Source: a virus (taxonomy: Duplodnaviria > Caudoviricetes). Taken from it: DNA of 30,723 nt. The translations under genes were made by a program, and so were the position numbers. Position 1 is the stretch's first letter; each line of letters starts with the position of its first letter. The notes under the pieces are model-generated. The model did not search any database, was not told the origin of the DNA, and worked only from the letters and a program-made list of their open reading frames with translations. Shown in pieces: positions 7,016 through 15,068 of the stretch. The stretch is taken from positions 1-30,723 of IMG/VR virus record IMGVR_UViG_3300037692_000017, one strand, 5' to 3'.

Positions 7016-9823
7016 ATGAAAAAAATATTGTATACGCTTGCCGTTCTGCTGTTAATGGCAGTTCCAGCTCAATCAGCACAAATAACTTTGTACGAAGCTA
7101 CTGCTGATTTAAGTGCCGGAGTTTTTGGCAATGATTTTCACGACACTATGTTCGACAACTGGATTAATCAGGGGTTGATGAACACAGAGCTGTTCGACTT
7201 CAAAGATGCTGTAGGCACTCCAACTTTTGTGGCGTTTGACCCCGATCAATTTAACGAAACTGGTGACGGTTTAACTGAAGAAACACCGAAAGTTATAACC
7301 ATCGAACCTTCTATATTGGGTTCTGGTTCGGGCTCAATCGACGAAGCAACCAGCACAGTTTATTCGGACAGTCTTGGATCTCCAGGAGACATACTGTGGG
7401 ATGATACAAAGGTTTATCTCAGAAACAATACCGGATGGAGGACATTAGCTATATTGGCTGATGATCTTGATCCTACACCCATACCGCTATCAGTTACCTC
7501 GATAACAGTAGGAACTTTAGGGTTGACTGCTGACATTCTTTTTAACGAGGATGCGTTTGTTGGTACTGGTGGGAGTGGTGGCTGGTCGATGGATTGTGAA
7601 GGACGTTCTGTTGCTATGACTTTAGGTGGAGGAACAGGTAATACACGAAGTTACAACCTGTCAGAAACTCCCTATTTAAATGAAGATTGTGTGGTAGATT
7701 ACATTCAACCTGGTGATGGCCTTGAAAATGGAGTAGGTACTGACCTAGCCAGTTTTTCTGGTTTTATCGTTGATAACCAAAGCCTTGAAGAAACTGTTTT
7801 TGCTATGACGTTAAATATTACCGACATATCAGCAACTGGAGACACCTTTGCTGTTAATGGTTCTAGTTTTAACTATTTGGATTCGCCTGCGACTATAAGC
7901 GGATTATCGTCTTCTACAGAGGCAGTTGCCTACACTGGAACCAATATAGCCTCTTGTACAGGAGCCTCAGTAACAGGGGCAGGACCATGGGAAGTAGATA
8001 TGAGCGCATCGGATGAAACAGTAGATTGCACTATTACTGAGGTGTCCGGAGCCAATCTTGTTACTGTTAGACCTACAGGTGACGGTGATGTGTCTAATCC
8101 ATTTACAAAATCTTCAGGCACAACATCATGGGAGTTAGTGGACGAAGAAACTCTTGCTATTGCTGATTACGTACAGAGTCCGTCAAATACCGCTGGGGAA
8201 TATATCTATTTCACCTTTCCTGCTCAGACTATTCCTGCCGGAGCAACAAATATAGTTGTAAAATTAATGTTCAACGCTGATGATGCAGGCGGAGCAAACA
8301 ATGCCAGAGCTGCATTGAAGGTTGGTGATACTAGATATGGTTTGGTCGATCCTGGTGTTGATCTTTTTAATTTTTTCTATGATTACGAATACATTTTTGC
8401 TGTTAATCCGGCAACTGGCACAGCGTGGACGGTTGATGATGTTAATAGCACAGGGGTAAACCCATTGCAGCAATTCGGTATAAACTCAACCGATGCTAGC
8501 CCATCAATATATCTGGCGCAGATTTACCTGGAGATTAGCTATGATGTAGAGGTTGCCTCGTCGCTACCAACTACAAACATATATGCGCACTGGTTGGCGG
8601 ATAGTGGCATTACGTCAACAGATTCGAAAATTTCGGCATGGGAAGATCAAATTAATGGGTTTGATGCTATTCAATCGGATGAAGCGAGTAAGCCAGTAGT
8701 CGCTGTGGATACCAGCTTAGTTCCAGTGGTGGCATTTTCTTACTCAACTATACCAAATGGAGTAACCACCAGATTTTTAGACCTTCCAGTAGATTTCACG
8801 GTACCCGTGTCAGACTCAACTGTGTGGGTGGTAACAGCAGGGGGGATATCATCCGATAGAACACCATTTTCTCTTGGTGACTCACCTTATGGATGGACTC
8901 TTGCTGATACAATAACCGGCACTGGATATCATGTGCCATCGTTTGAAAACGATATATCAAACTTAGCTATGCTGCCTGTCAATAAGTCAATAGTTTCCAG
9001 ACACGCAGCGAACGCAGGAGAGGGTTTTTGCATAGATGCTGCTACTATATCTAACAATCTCGGTTCACCATACAGCAATGGTCTTACCAAGACAGGTGGA
9101 TCAATAGGTCGTAACCAAAGAGATAACGACGAGTGGACTAATTCAAACATATATGAGATTATTGTCTATACTCCGGCGCAAAGCACTGAAGCTATAGCCA
9201 CCACAAGGGAATACCTGAAAACTAAATATAATATAAAAGCTGATGGTCCAACTACTGAATACGTAGATGGACAGATAATAACTGAGGGGGACAGCATTAC
9301 GGCTGGGATTGGTGCTGTAGCTAATATGGCTTATCCACTGCAATTAGCTGAAAACAATCCTACATGGAAAGTAACTAGCGTTGGTACATCTGGCGCTATG
9401 GTTTCTACTTTAGTTGGCAGGATTTCAAATGTAAATACTCTTTTTGATGATACAAAGTATAGTAGAAACGTTTTAATGGTCCATATTGGGACTAACAACA
9501 TGGCAGGCGGTAGTGACAATGGTGCTGATGTTTACGCGGAGCTTGTAGCTTACGTACAGTCGATGGTATCTGCTGGTTGGGAGGTATGGGTAGCAACTAT
9601 AGTTCAGGACAGTTCTAATATCACAAGCACTAATACCTATAATAGCCTGATAAGATCAAACATAGTGGCAGATGGTGCCACAAAACTAATTGATATAAAT
9701 GCAGATCCAATATTTGATGCTGGTTCTGCAACAGACACAACATACTACACCGATGGCACACATTTAACTGCTATTGGGTACGGGGAAATGGCCAGGATAA
9801 TTAGCACCGAGGGGGAGATGTGA
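7016..9823 (+). CDS. Secreted multidomain protein: signal peptide, SwmB/Ig-like domain, LamG/ConA-like domain, C-terminal SGNH/GDSL hydrolase
   Basis: Signal peptide MKKILYTLAVLLLMAVPAQSA. SwmB-like DYIQPGDGLENGVGTDLASFSGFIVDN. LamG-like HWLADSG...AWEDQING...IYEIIVY...YLKTKY. SGNH blocks GDSIT, GTSG, IGTNN and DGTH. Confidence 0.8.
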   Translation: MKKILYTLAVLLLMAVPAQSAQITLYEATADLSAGVFGNDFHDTMFDNWINQGLMNTELFDFKDAVGTPTFVAFDPDQFNETGDGLTEETPKVITIEPSILGSGSGSIDEATSTVYSDSLGSPGDILWDDTKVYLRNNTGWRTLAILADDLDPTPIPLSVTSITVGTLGLTADILFNEDAFVGTGGSGGWSMDCEGRSVAMTLGGGTGNTRSYNLSETPYLNEDCVVDYIQPGDGLENGVGTDLASFSGFIVDNQSLEETVFAMTLNITDISATGDTFAVNGSSFNYLDSPATISGLSSSTEAVAYTGTNIASCTGASVTGAGPWEVDMSASDETVDCTITEVSGANLVTVRPTGDGDVSNPFTKSSGTTSWELVDEETLAIADYVQSPSNTAGEYIYFTFPAQTIPAGATNIVVKLMFNADDAGGANNARAALKVGDTRYGLVDPGVDLFNFFYDYEYIFAVNPATGTAWTVDDVNSTGVNPLQQFGINSTDASPSIYLAQIYLEISYDVEVASSLPTTNIYAHWLADSGITSTDSKISAWEDQINGFDAIQSDEASKPVVAVDTSLVPVVAFSYSTIPNGVTTRFLDLPVDFTVPVSDSTVWVVTAGGISSDRTPFSLGDSPYGWTLADTITGTGYHVPSFENDISNLAMLPVNKSIVSRHAANAGEGFCIDAATISNNLGSPYSNGLTKTGGSIGRNQRDNDEWTNSNIYEIIVYTPAQSTEAIATTREYLKTKYNIKADGPTTEYVDGQIITEGDSITAGIGAVANMAYPLQLAENNPTWKVTSVGTSGAMVSTLVGRISNVNTLFDDTKYSRNVLMVHIGTNNMAGGSDNGADVYAELVAYVQSMVSAGWEVWVATIVQDSSNITSTNTYNSLIRSNIVADGATKLIDINADPIFDAGSATDTTYYTDGTHLTAIGYGEMARIISTEGEM

Positions 9824-12165
9824 TGATTAAGCCATTAGCTATATTCCTCTTAATATTGCTGTCTGCTTCAATTAGTACTGCTGAAGACTATGTAATGCCA
9901 ATAGGCGTTCCTAATCCCGGAGTGTGGGGAGCGTTTCACCCTATTAATTCAGTAGCACCATCAACTGCAACTAAATGTCCTGAATGGCCGACAGGAGAAT
10001 CAGCAGGATGCTATTATATTAATGCTTCGTCAACAAACCCCACATGCTCAGATAGCACAAATGGCTATCCGAATGAGCCTAGATGCACAATTGCAACATC
10101 CTACGGAGCCGGATCGTATGTAGAGGTAACTGGCGGGCCTTATAATTTAGGCACTGTGTCGTTGTTATTAAATGGCACAGTTGATAATCCTGTGTGGTTC
10201 CGTGGAACGCCTGACGCTATGCCAGATATTAAAGCATCATTTGTTATTAAAGATAGTAAGTATGCGGTTGTCGAGTATTTGGATATTAATAATACAGTGG
10301 CGGGTGGAGTTGCCCTGACTGGAAGCACATTGTCTCATAACGTTGTAGTTCGAAATAACACTTTTAGAAATTTTTCTGCTATTTCTGGTGCTGTGTGTGG
10401 GGCAACTCCACTGCAAGATGGTTCTATCCATGATATCGTCTACTACAACAATTATTTTGGTGACATCGGTAATTGGCAAGCAATAGAAGATGAGGATTAT
10501 CATTGTATAAACCCTGGTCTTTGGGGGCGGCATCCTCCAACAACTGTATATAATATATGGGTGCTCAGTAACACAGCATATCATGTTGCTGGCAGCTTAA
10601 ACCAGTTTCAGGGTGATGTTAGGGATGCCTCTGCTGGAGATAGAGAAACACCGATAAGACTGATTACAAATACCAATCTCCAAAATCTTCATCATGTGTA
10701 TTCAGGGAAAAACTTGATGTATCAATCAAGACAAGCAATGGGTGCGCCTAAATTCACCACAGATGCAATCTATTCACAAAATGTCGCATACAATAGTTTT
10801 TCTATCTCCTCTGGTGCTGGAACAGGACAGGTTTTCCAAGAAGGTTCAAGATATGTCTGGATGCTTTTCAACAAGTATTATGATTTAACATATGGCATAC
10901 GTCAGTCAAATACTAATTTTGTAACGCCTAATCAAGATGCTAGATATATGGCTGGTGATGCAACGTATACCTTTACGGCAGACCCATCCACTAATACAAT
11001 CACTAGTGTAGCGCATGGTCAATCAAACAAAGACTTAATAGGAATCAAACTGGATAGCGGAACTTTGCCGGAACCTCTTTTGATTGAAACACCATATTAC
11101 ATAAGGAACGCTACTGCAGATACGTTTCAGCTTTGTTTAACCACAAATATTGACGACCCGATAGTTGACGTAACCACAATTGGTTTGGGGGTATATTCTT
11201 TTTTTGAATCGTCATCTTATTCCGAGAGGACCGCTGATTTACGTGCCTATATGATTGGGAATGTAATTTATAACACACAAAACGATCATGATAAAGCTTA
11301 CGGCAACACAAGCTCATATAAGCCGAATCAAGGCGTGGGATTTGAAAAAGCATTATATAAAAGATATATTGTTGACAATACAATCTTCGATGTAGGAGGC
11401 GGTATTAATATTGGAAATCAATTCCCGTATGACGAAACCGTGATGAGTGGTGATGTTATTGCTGGAGTCTATGGGGTAGATGATTCAGGGGATAAAGACT
11501 TCCACATTACCATGACCGCAACAGGCGGGACAGACAATACATTTTTGAATTATTCATTTTTCCAACCTCGTGCTGACGATGGTACTGTAAATTTTAAATG
11601 GGCTGGAGCAGAGCCTAGTTCTAGCATTGGTTCTTTAGAGGCACTACAATCATCATCTGTAGGGCAATGCCAGAATTGTTGGACAGGAGACCCAATGTTT
11701 GTTGATCCTGCTGCATACGACTTGCACCCAAAGGCTGGAAGCCCTTTAATTGGTAAAAATGTACGCCATGCTGTTTACGACGAATTTGAGGCCCGTTACG
11801 GACTAAGCATAGACGTAGATTTTGATGGAAACCCAAGACCCCCAACAGCAGCTGAGGGAAGGACTATCGGGGCTTATGAGTTTGATACAGGCTATATTCC
11901 CCCAGATCCAGAATGTGACCAATATCACCCTTCACTGTGCCTTGACCAAACCTCCTGTACCGGTGCTGGTTTAAACTGGTGTGATGAAGCTTGTCAAGTA
12001 AGTGAATGTGGTGCCGAACCAACTTGTGCAGACCTCACCCAAAACGGCGACGAAACAGGAATAGACTGCGGGGGAAGTTGCCCTCCGTGTGAAACACCTA
12101 TGCAGACGGCACGGTGGTTGAGGTTGGCAGCAGGTCCGGTAAAGATTGTTGATCAACCAGAATGA
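9823..12165 (+). CDS. Secreted right-handed beta-helix (pectin-lyase-like) protein with choice-of-anchor-Q-like and Cys-rich C-terminal modules
   Basis: Signal peptide MIKPLAIFLLILLSASISTA. Beta-helix-type repeats (NVVVRNNTF, DIVYYNNYF, IGNVIYN, IVDNTIF). DPMFVD...DLHPKAGSPLIG...DFDGNPRP...IGAYEF, then CADLTQNGDETGIDCGGSCPPC. Confidence 0.75.
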   Translation: MIKPLAIFLLILLSASISTAEDYVMPIGVPNPGVWGAFHPINSVAPSTATKCPEWPTGESAGCYYINASSTNPTCSDSTNGYPNEPRCTIATSYGAGSYVEVTGGPYNLGTVSLLLNGTVDNPVWFRGTPDAMPDIKASFVIKDSKYAVVEYLDINNTVAGGVALTGSTLSHNVVVRNNTFRNFSAISGAVCGATPLQDGSIHDIVYYNNYFGDIGNWQAIEDEDYHCINPGLWGRHPPTTVYNIWVLSNTAYHVAGSLNQFQGDVRDASAGDRETPIRLITNTNLQNLHHVYSGKNLMYQSRQAMGAPKFTTDAIYSQNVAYNSFSISSGAGTGQVFQEGSRYVWMLFNKYYDLTYGIRQSNTNFVTPNQDARYMAGDATYTFTADPSTNTITSVAHGQSNKDLIGIKLDSGTLPEPLLIETPYYIRNATADTFQLCLTTNIDDPIVDVTTIGLGVYSFFESSSYSERTADLRAYMIGNVIYNTQNDHDKAYGNTSSYKPNQGVGFEKALYKRYIVDNTIFDVGGGINIGNQFPYDETVMSGDVIAGVYGVDDSGDKDFHITMTATGGTDNTFLNYSFFQPRADDGTVNFKWAGAEPSSSIGSLEALQSSSVGQCQNCWTGDPMFVDPAAYDLHPKAGSPLIGKNVRHAVYDEFEARYGLSIDVDFDGNPRPPTAAEGRTIGAYEFDTGYIPPDPECDQYHPSLCLDQTSCTGAGLNWCDEACQVSECGAEPTCADLTQNGDETGIDCGGSCPPCETPMQTARWLRLAAGPVKIVDQPE

Positions 12166-12212
12166 AAGATATGAAACTACTATCAATCATTTGCCTAACA
12201 AAAAGGAACAAT

Positions 12213-12563
12213 ATGAAAAGAACACTAATCTTCACCGTCATTGCCCTACTCGCCTGCGGGTTGATGGTACAGGTATCACAAGCAGCAGATCTAAAGTTCG
12301 CATGGGAATACACAGCAGAAGAACAAGCCAACATCGAAGGATTCAAACTCTACCGTGACGGAGTGACCGAAGAGGCTGTCATTCCTGCCAATGCTAGAAC
12401 GGTCACAATTCCAAGGCAAACGGATAAACAATCCCACTCGTACCACCTGACTGCTTTCAATGCTGAAGAAGAGAGTGGTCCATCAGGCACGGCTATTGAT
12501 GTTTACAGCACGAAGAAGTTGATGCGAGTTGAAGGGGTATTGAGTTTGGAAGTTGTTGAATGA
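12213..12563 (+). CDS. Small secreted fibronectin-type-III-like protein
   Basis: aaagga RBS before ATG 12213. Signal peptide MKRTLIFTVIALLACGLMVQVSQA. FN3 pattern FAW...IEGFKLYRDG...YHLTAFN...ESGPS. Confidence 0.75.
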   Translation: MKRTLIFTVIALLACGLMVQVSQAADLKFAWEYTAEEQANIEGFKLYRDGVTEEAVIPANARTVTIPRQTDKQSHSYHLTAFNAEEESGPSGTAIDVYSTKKLMRVEGVLSLEVVE

Positions 12564-12602
12564 CTGATTGATTAGAAACTACTATCTTGCATTTCGCATA
12601 AC

Positions 12603-12650
12603 AAAAAGGCGCAATGATCGACATGTCAACTCCTGTCATTTTGCCTATTT
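12603..12650. terminator. Imperfect, possibly bidirectional terminator hairpin
   Basis: aaaaaggcgcaatga (12603-12617) pairs with tcattttgcct (12636-12646). A T5 run follows on the minus strand, downstream of the tRNA fragment's CCA. Confidence 0.5.
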
Positions 12651-12679
12651 AATCATTAGGTGGCTTACTGTAATATCAG

Positions 12680-12727
12680 TGGCTGGGGGACAAGGGCTCG
12701 AACCTTGATAAGCGGAGTCAGAGCCCG
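12680..12727 (-). pseudogene. 3' fragment of tRNA-Gln(CUG), anticodon arm to CCA; att-site-like
   Basis: Minus strand reads CGGG-CT CTG AC-TCCG-C-TTAT-CAAGG-TTCGAGC-CCTTG-TCCCCCA-G-CCA: anticodon loop, perfect T-arm, Gln-type acceptor strand, G73 and CCA. No D-arm or 5' acceptor strand upstream. Confidence 0.85.
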
Positions 12728-12762
12728 TCATAATACATTTAAAATTTAACTAAAGGCTCTTA

Positions 12763-13017
12763 ATGGCTCCCTTACCTAATGACGAAACTGGAATACTGTT
12801 TAATCTAGCTCTTAAAATCATAGGATTCTTTTTATCATTCGTCGGTGGTATAATAACTACTACATGGGTGCTAGCGACTAAATGGAAAGGATTGGACGAT
12901 AAGGTTAAAGAAATGGAAAAGGACCGTAAGGAACTTAGTGAAAAATTAGATGCTATGAATAATAAACTAGACAAGGTTCATGAACGAATTGATAACGCTA
13001 TAATTGGAAAACGCTAA
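12763..13017 (+). CDS. Small membrane protein (one TM helix + coiled coil), possibly holin-associated
   Basis: Hydrophobic LALKIIGFFLSFVGGIITTTWVLA followed by heptad-like LDDKVKEMEKDRKELSEKLDAMNNKLDKVHERID. Confidence 0.6.
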   Translation: MAPLPNDETGILFNLALKIIGFFLSFVGGIITTTWVLATKWKGLDDKVKEMEKDRKELSEKLDAMNNKLDKVHERIDNAIIGKR

Positions 13018-13042
13018 ATTTTTTACATAACCCTAAATTAAT

Positions 13043-13071
13043 TTGACAAACCTTAATTAAAACGGTATTTT
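13043..13071 (+). promoter_or_regulatory. sigma70-type promoter upstream of the portal/head operon
   Basis: TTGACA (13043-13048)-N17-TATTTT (13066-13071), with AT-rich flanks. Confidence 0.6.
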
Positions 13072-13103
13072 TAAAATAAAATCTTATTCTCTCTGATTAA
13101 ACG

Positions 13104-13292
13104 ATGAAAAAAATATTTAAAGCTATTTCAAACATATTACCCGAAAAGGGAGATTTTTTTCTGTTGTTAGGAGTGGGTTCTATTTTTTGGGGTATTTATC
13201 AGATCCACATTCCCGCTGCTTTCATCGTTAATGGAATTCTACTTGCTGCTGTTGGATATATTAACTCTTTGCCAAAACAGGTTGTTAATTAA
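13104..13292 (+). CDS. Small two-TM protein of the kind commonly found just before HK97-type portals
   Basis: DFFLLLGVGSIFWGIYQIHIPAAFIVNGILL; TAATG overlap with the portal start. Confidence 0.7.
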   Translation: MKKIFKAISNILPEKGDFFLLLGVGSIFWGIYQIHIPAAFIVNGILLAAVGYINSLPKQVVN

Positions 13293-14632
13293 TGGGTCTA
13301 TTATCACCCCTAATTGAGCGCAGGTCTGCTACTTATAAACTCTCCGGTGGAGATCCCGAACTTGTTAATATGTTCGGCGGTTCTCGTTCTTCCAAATCCG
13401 CTCAGAATGTTAATGCCGCTACAGCAATGGCTATTTCTACCGTTTACGCTTGCGTTAATCGTAAAGCTAAAACTATAGCGATGTTGCCGTTGAATGTAAT
13501 GGAAAATATGGCTGAGGGAAAAGGAGTTAAAATAGCGAATTTACATCGCTGTCAGAAACAACTAAATGCGCGGCCTAACAGATGGCAAACCTCGTTCGAT
13601 TGGCGATTTATGATGGATTGTCATCGTCAGTTAAAGGGCAATGCTTACAGCTATATTTTGTATCATCCTGGCAGGGGATATAATGAGTTAATTCCATTAG
13701 AACCTTCTTTCATGTACCCGTTCATGATAGATTCTAACGGAACTATTAACTTCATGCATGAAAGCTCCCCACCACCGTCAGATGGGGATACCCTTTGGTA
13801 TCAGTACATTGCTTCTAACGGGAAGATGCTGGTTCTCAGGGATAGTGAGGTTCTGCATTTAAGGGGATACTCGTCGAATGGTATTGTGGGCAAGAATGTA
13901 ATATCCCTTATGCGCGAGTCTGTTGGTTTAGCGATGGCTACCGAAGAACAAGGAGCAAGACTTTTTTCTAATGGCGCACAAATTGGTAAAGTGTTTGAAC
14001 ATCCTGGCGCTATAAGCGATGCTACCTATTCTCGTTTGAAAGCAGAACTAGATAACGCTACAACTGGAGTTTCTAACGCCCATAAGACTTTGATACTTGA
14101 AGATGGTATGAAAGTCAAGCAAACCACTCTAACAATGGTAGATAGTCAGTTTTTAGAAAGTCGTCAATTTCAAGTAGAAGATATTTGTTCGTTTATGGAT
14201 GTTCCTTTGATTCTCATTAATCGTTCTGGCGATAAGAATCAAACATATGCTTCTGCTGAACAGATCATAAGTATTTTTATTACCCACATGATGGCTCCTG
14301 ATTTTGTTTGTTGGGAACAAGTATTAAATAAAGATTTACTGTATGATTCTGAGAAGTCTAAATACTATTTTGATTTTGATTTCAGTTTCCTTCTTCGTGG
14401 CGATACTAAAGCAAGAGCCGAATACTTGTTGAAACGTTTTCAAATGGGTAGTATGTCACCTGATGAAATTAAGATTTATGAAGGTGAAAATCCAACTGGT
14501 ACTAAAGAAGGTAAGGAATATTACTTACAATCAGGTATGATGCCAATTAAACTTGCTGGTAAACAACCTGCTAAACCAGTTGTTGCCGAACCTAAAGAAG
14601 TCAAAGATCCTGTTGATGGTGAAGAAGAATGA
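13292..14632 (+). CDS. Portal protein, HK97 family
   Basis: VYACV...IAMLPL...RPN...GNAY...EVLHLRG...GIVG...FSNGA...ILEDGM...QFLESRQFQVEDI...LLRGD. Confidence 0.96.
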   Translation: MGLLSPLIERRSATYKLSGGDPELVNMFGGSRSSKSAQNVNAATAMAISTVYACVNRKAKTIAMLPLNVMENMAEGKGVKIANLHRCQKQLNARPNRWQTSFDWRFMMDCHRQLKGNAYSYILYHPGRGYNELIPLEPSFMYPFMIDSNGTINFMHESSPPPSDGDTLWYQYIASNGKMLVLRDSEVLHLRGYSSNGIVGKNVISLMRESVGLAMATEEQGARLFSNGAQIGKVFEHPGAISDATYSRLKAELDNATTGVSNAHKTLILEDGMKVKQTTLTMVDSQFLESRQFQVEDICSFMDVPLILINRSGDKNQTYASAEQIISIFITHMMAPDFVCWEQVLNKDLLYDSEKSKYYFDFDFSFLLRGDTKARAEYLLKRFQMGSMSPDEIKIYEGENPTGTKEGKEYYLQSGMMPIKLAGKQPAKPVVAEPKEVKDPVDGEEE

Positions 14633-15063
14633 GAGGAAATCCCGAAGTTATTAACGCACTATCAAATTGTTTACTCGAAAAACATTCATCTTTGCTGCGT
14701 ATAAACAGATACGAAACTCAGTGTTTATTGTGGGGATATGTAAACATTGGGAATTTTTTTGCCAAAATAGTTAGGGATGACATAAATGGTTTGTTCAAAC
14801 TAACAAAAAGGATATTGTTTCTTGGTGGTAATTTCGATGAAGTTGCGGGAGAGCGACCTGAGTTTGGTGACACAGTTGAAGAAATGCTTCCTGAAGTCAA
14901 AGAATATATTTTAAGAAACATCGCTACTTTGACTGACAGTATTGAAATTTGTGAAAAGAATAAGGATTATACATCCAGATATTTGTTAGAGAAATTGCTT
15001 GTTGAAGAAGATGAGCGATTGTCGGAAATTGAAAGTTTAATGATTCAACATCTTAGATTGTGA
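14629..15063 (+). CDS. bfr: Bacterioferritin-like protein with degenerate ferroxidase and heme sites
   Basis: Gap-free manual alignment to the recalled E. coli Bfr sequence: M-x-G...VIN-x-L, W35-G36, RILFL-x-G (61-67), G80-x-x-VEEML, D113-Y-x-S-R, E127. ATGA-coupled to portal. Confidence 0.8.
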   Translation: MRGNPEVINALSNCLLEKHSSLLRINRYETQCLLWGYVNIGNFFAKIVRDDINGLFKLTKRILFLGGNFDEVAGERPEFGDTVEEMLPEVKEYILRNIATLTDSIEICEKNKDYTSRYLLEKLLVEEDERLSEIESLMIQHLRL

Positions 15064-15068
15064 TATTT

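Noticed and set aside
12680-12760. Complete functional tRNA-Gln gene
   Set aside because: The sequence 5' of the anticodon stem on the minus strand is AT-rich, with no D-arm and no TGGGGGA acceptor strand. The TGGGGGA on the minus strand near 11900 is inside a CDS and has no D-arm.
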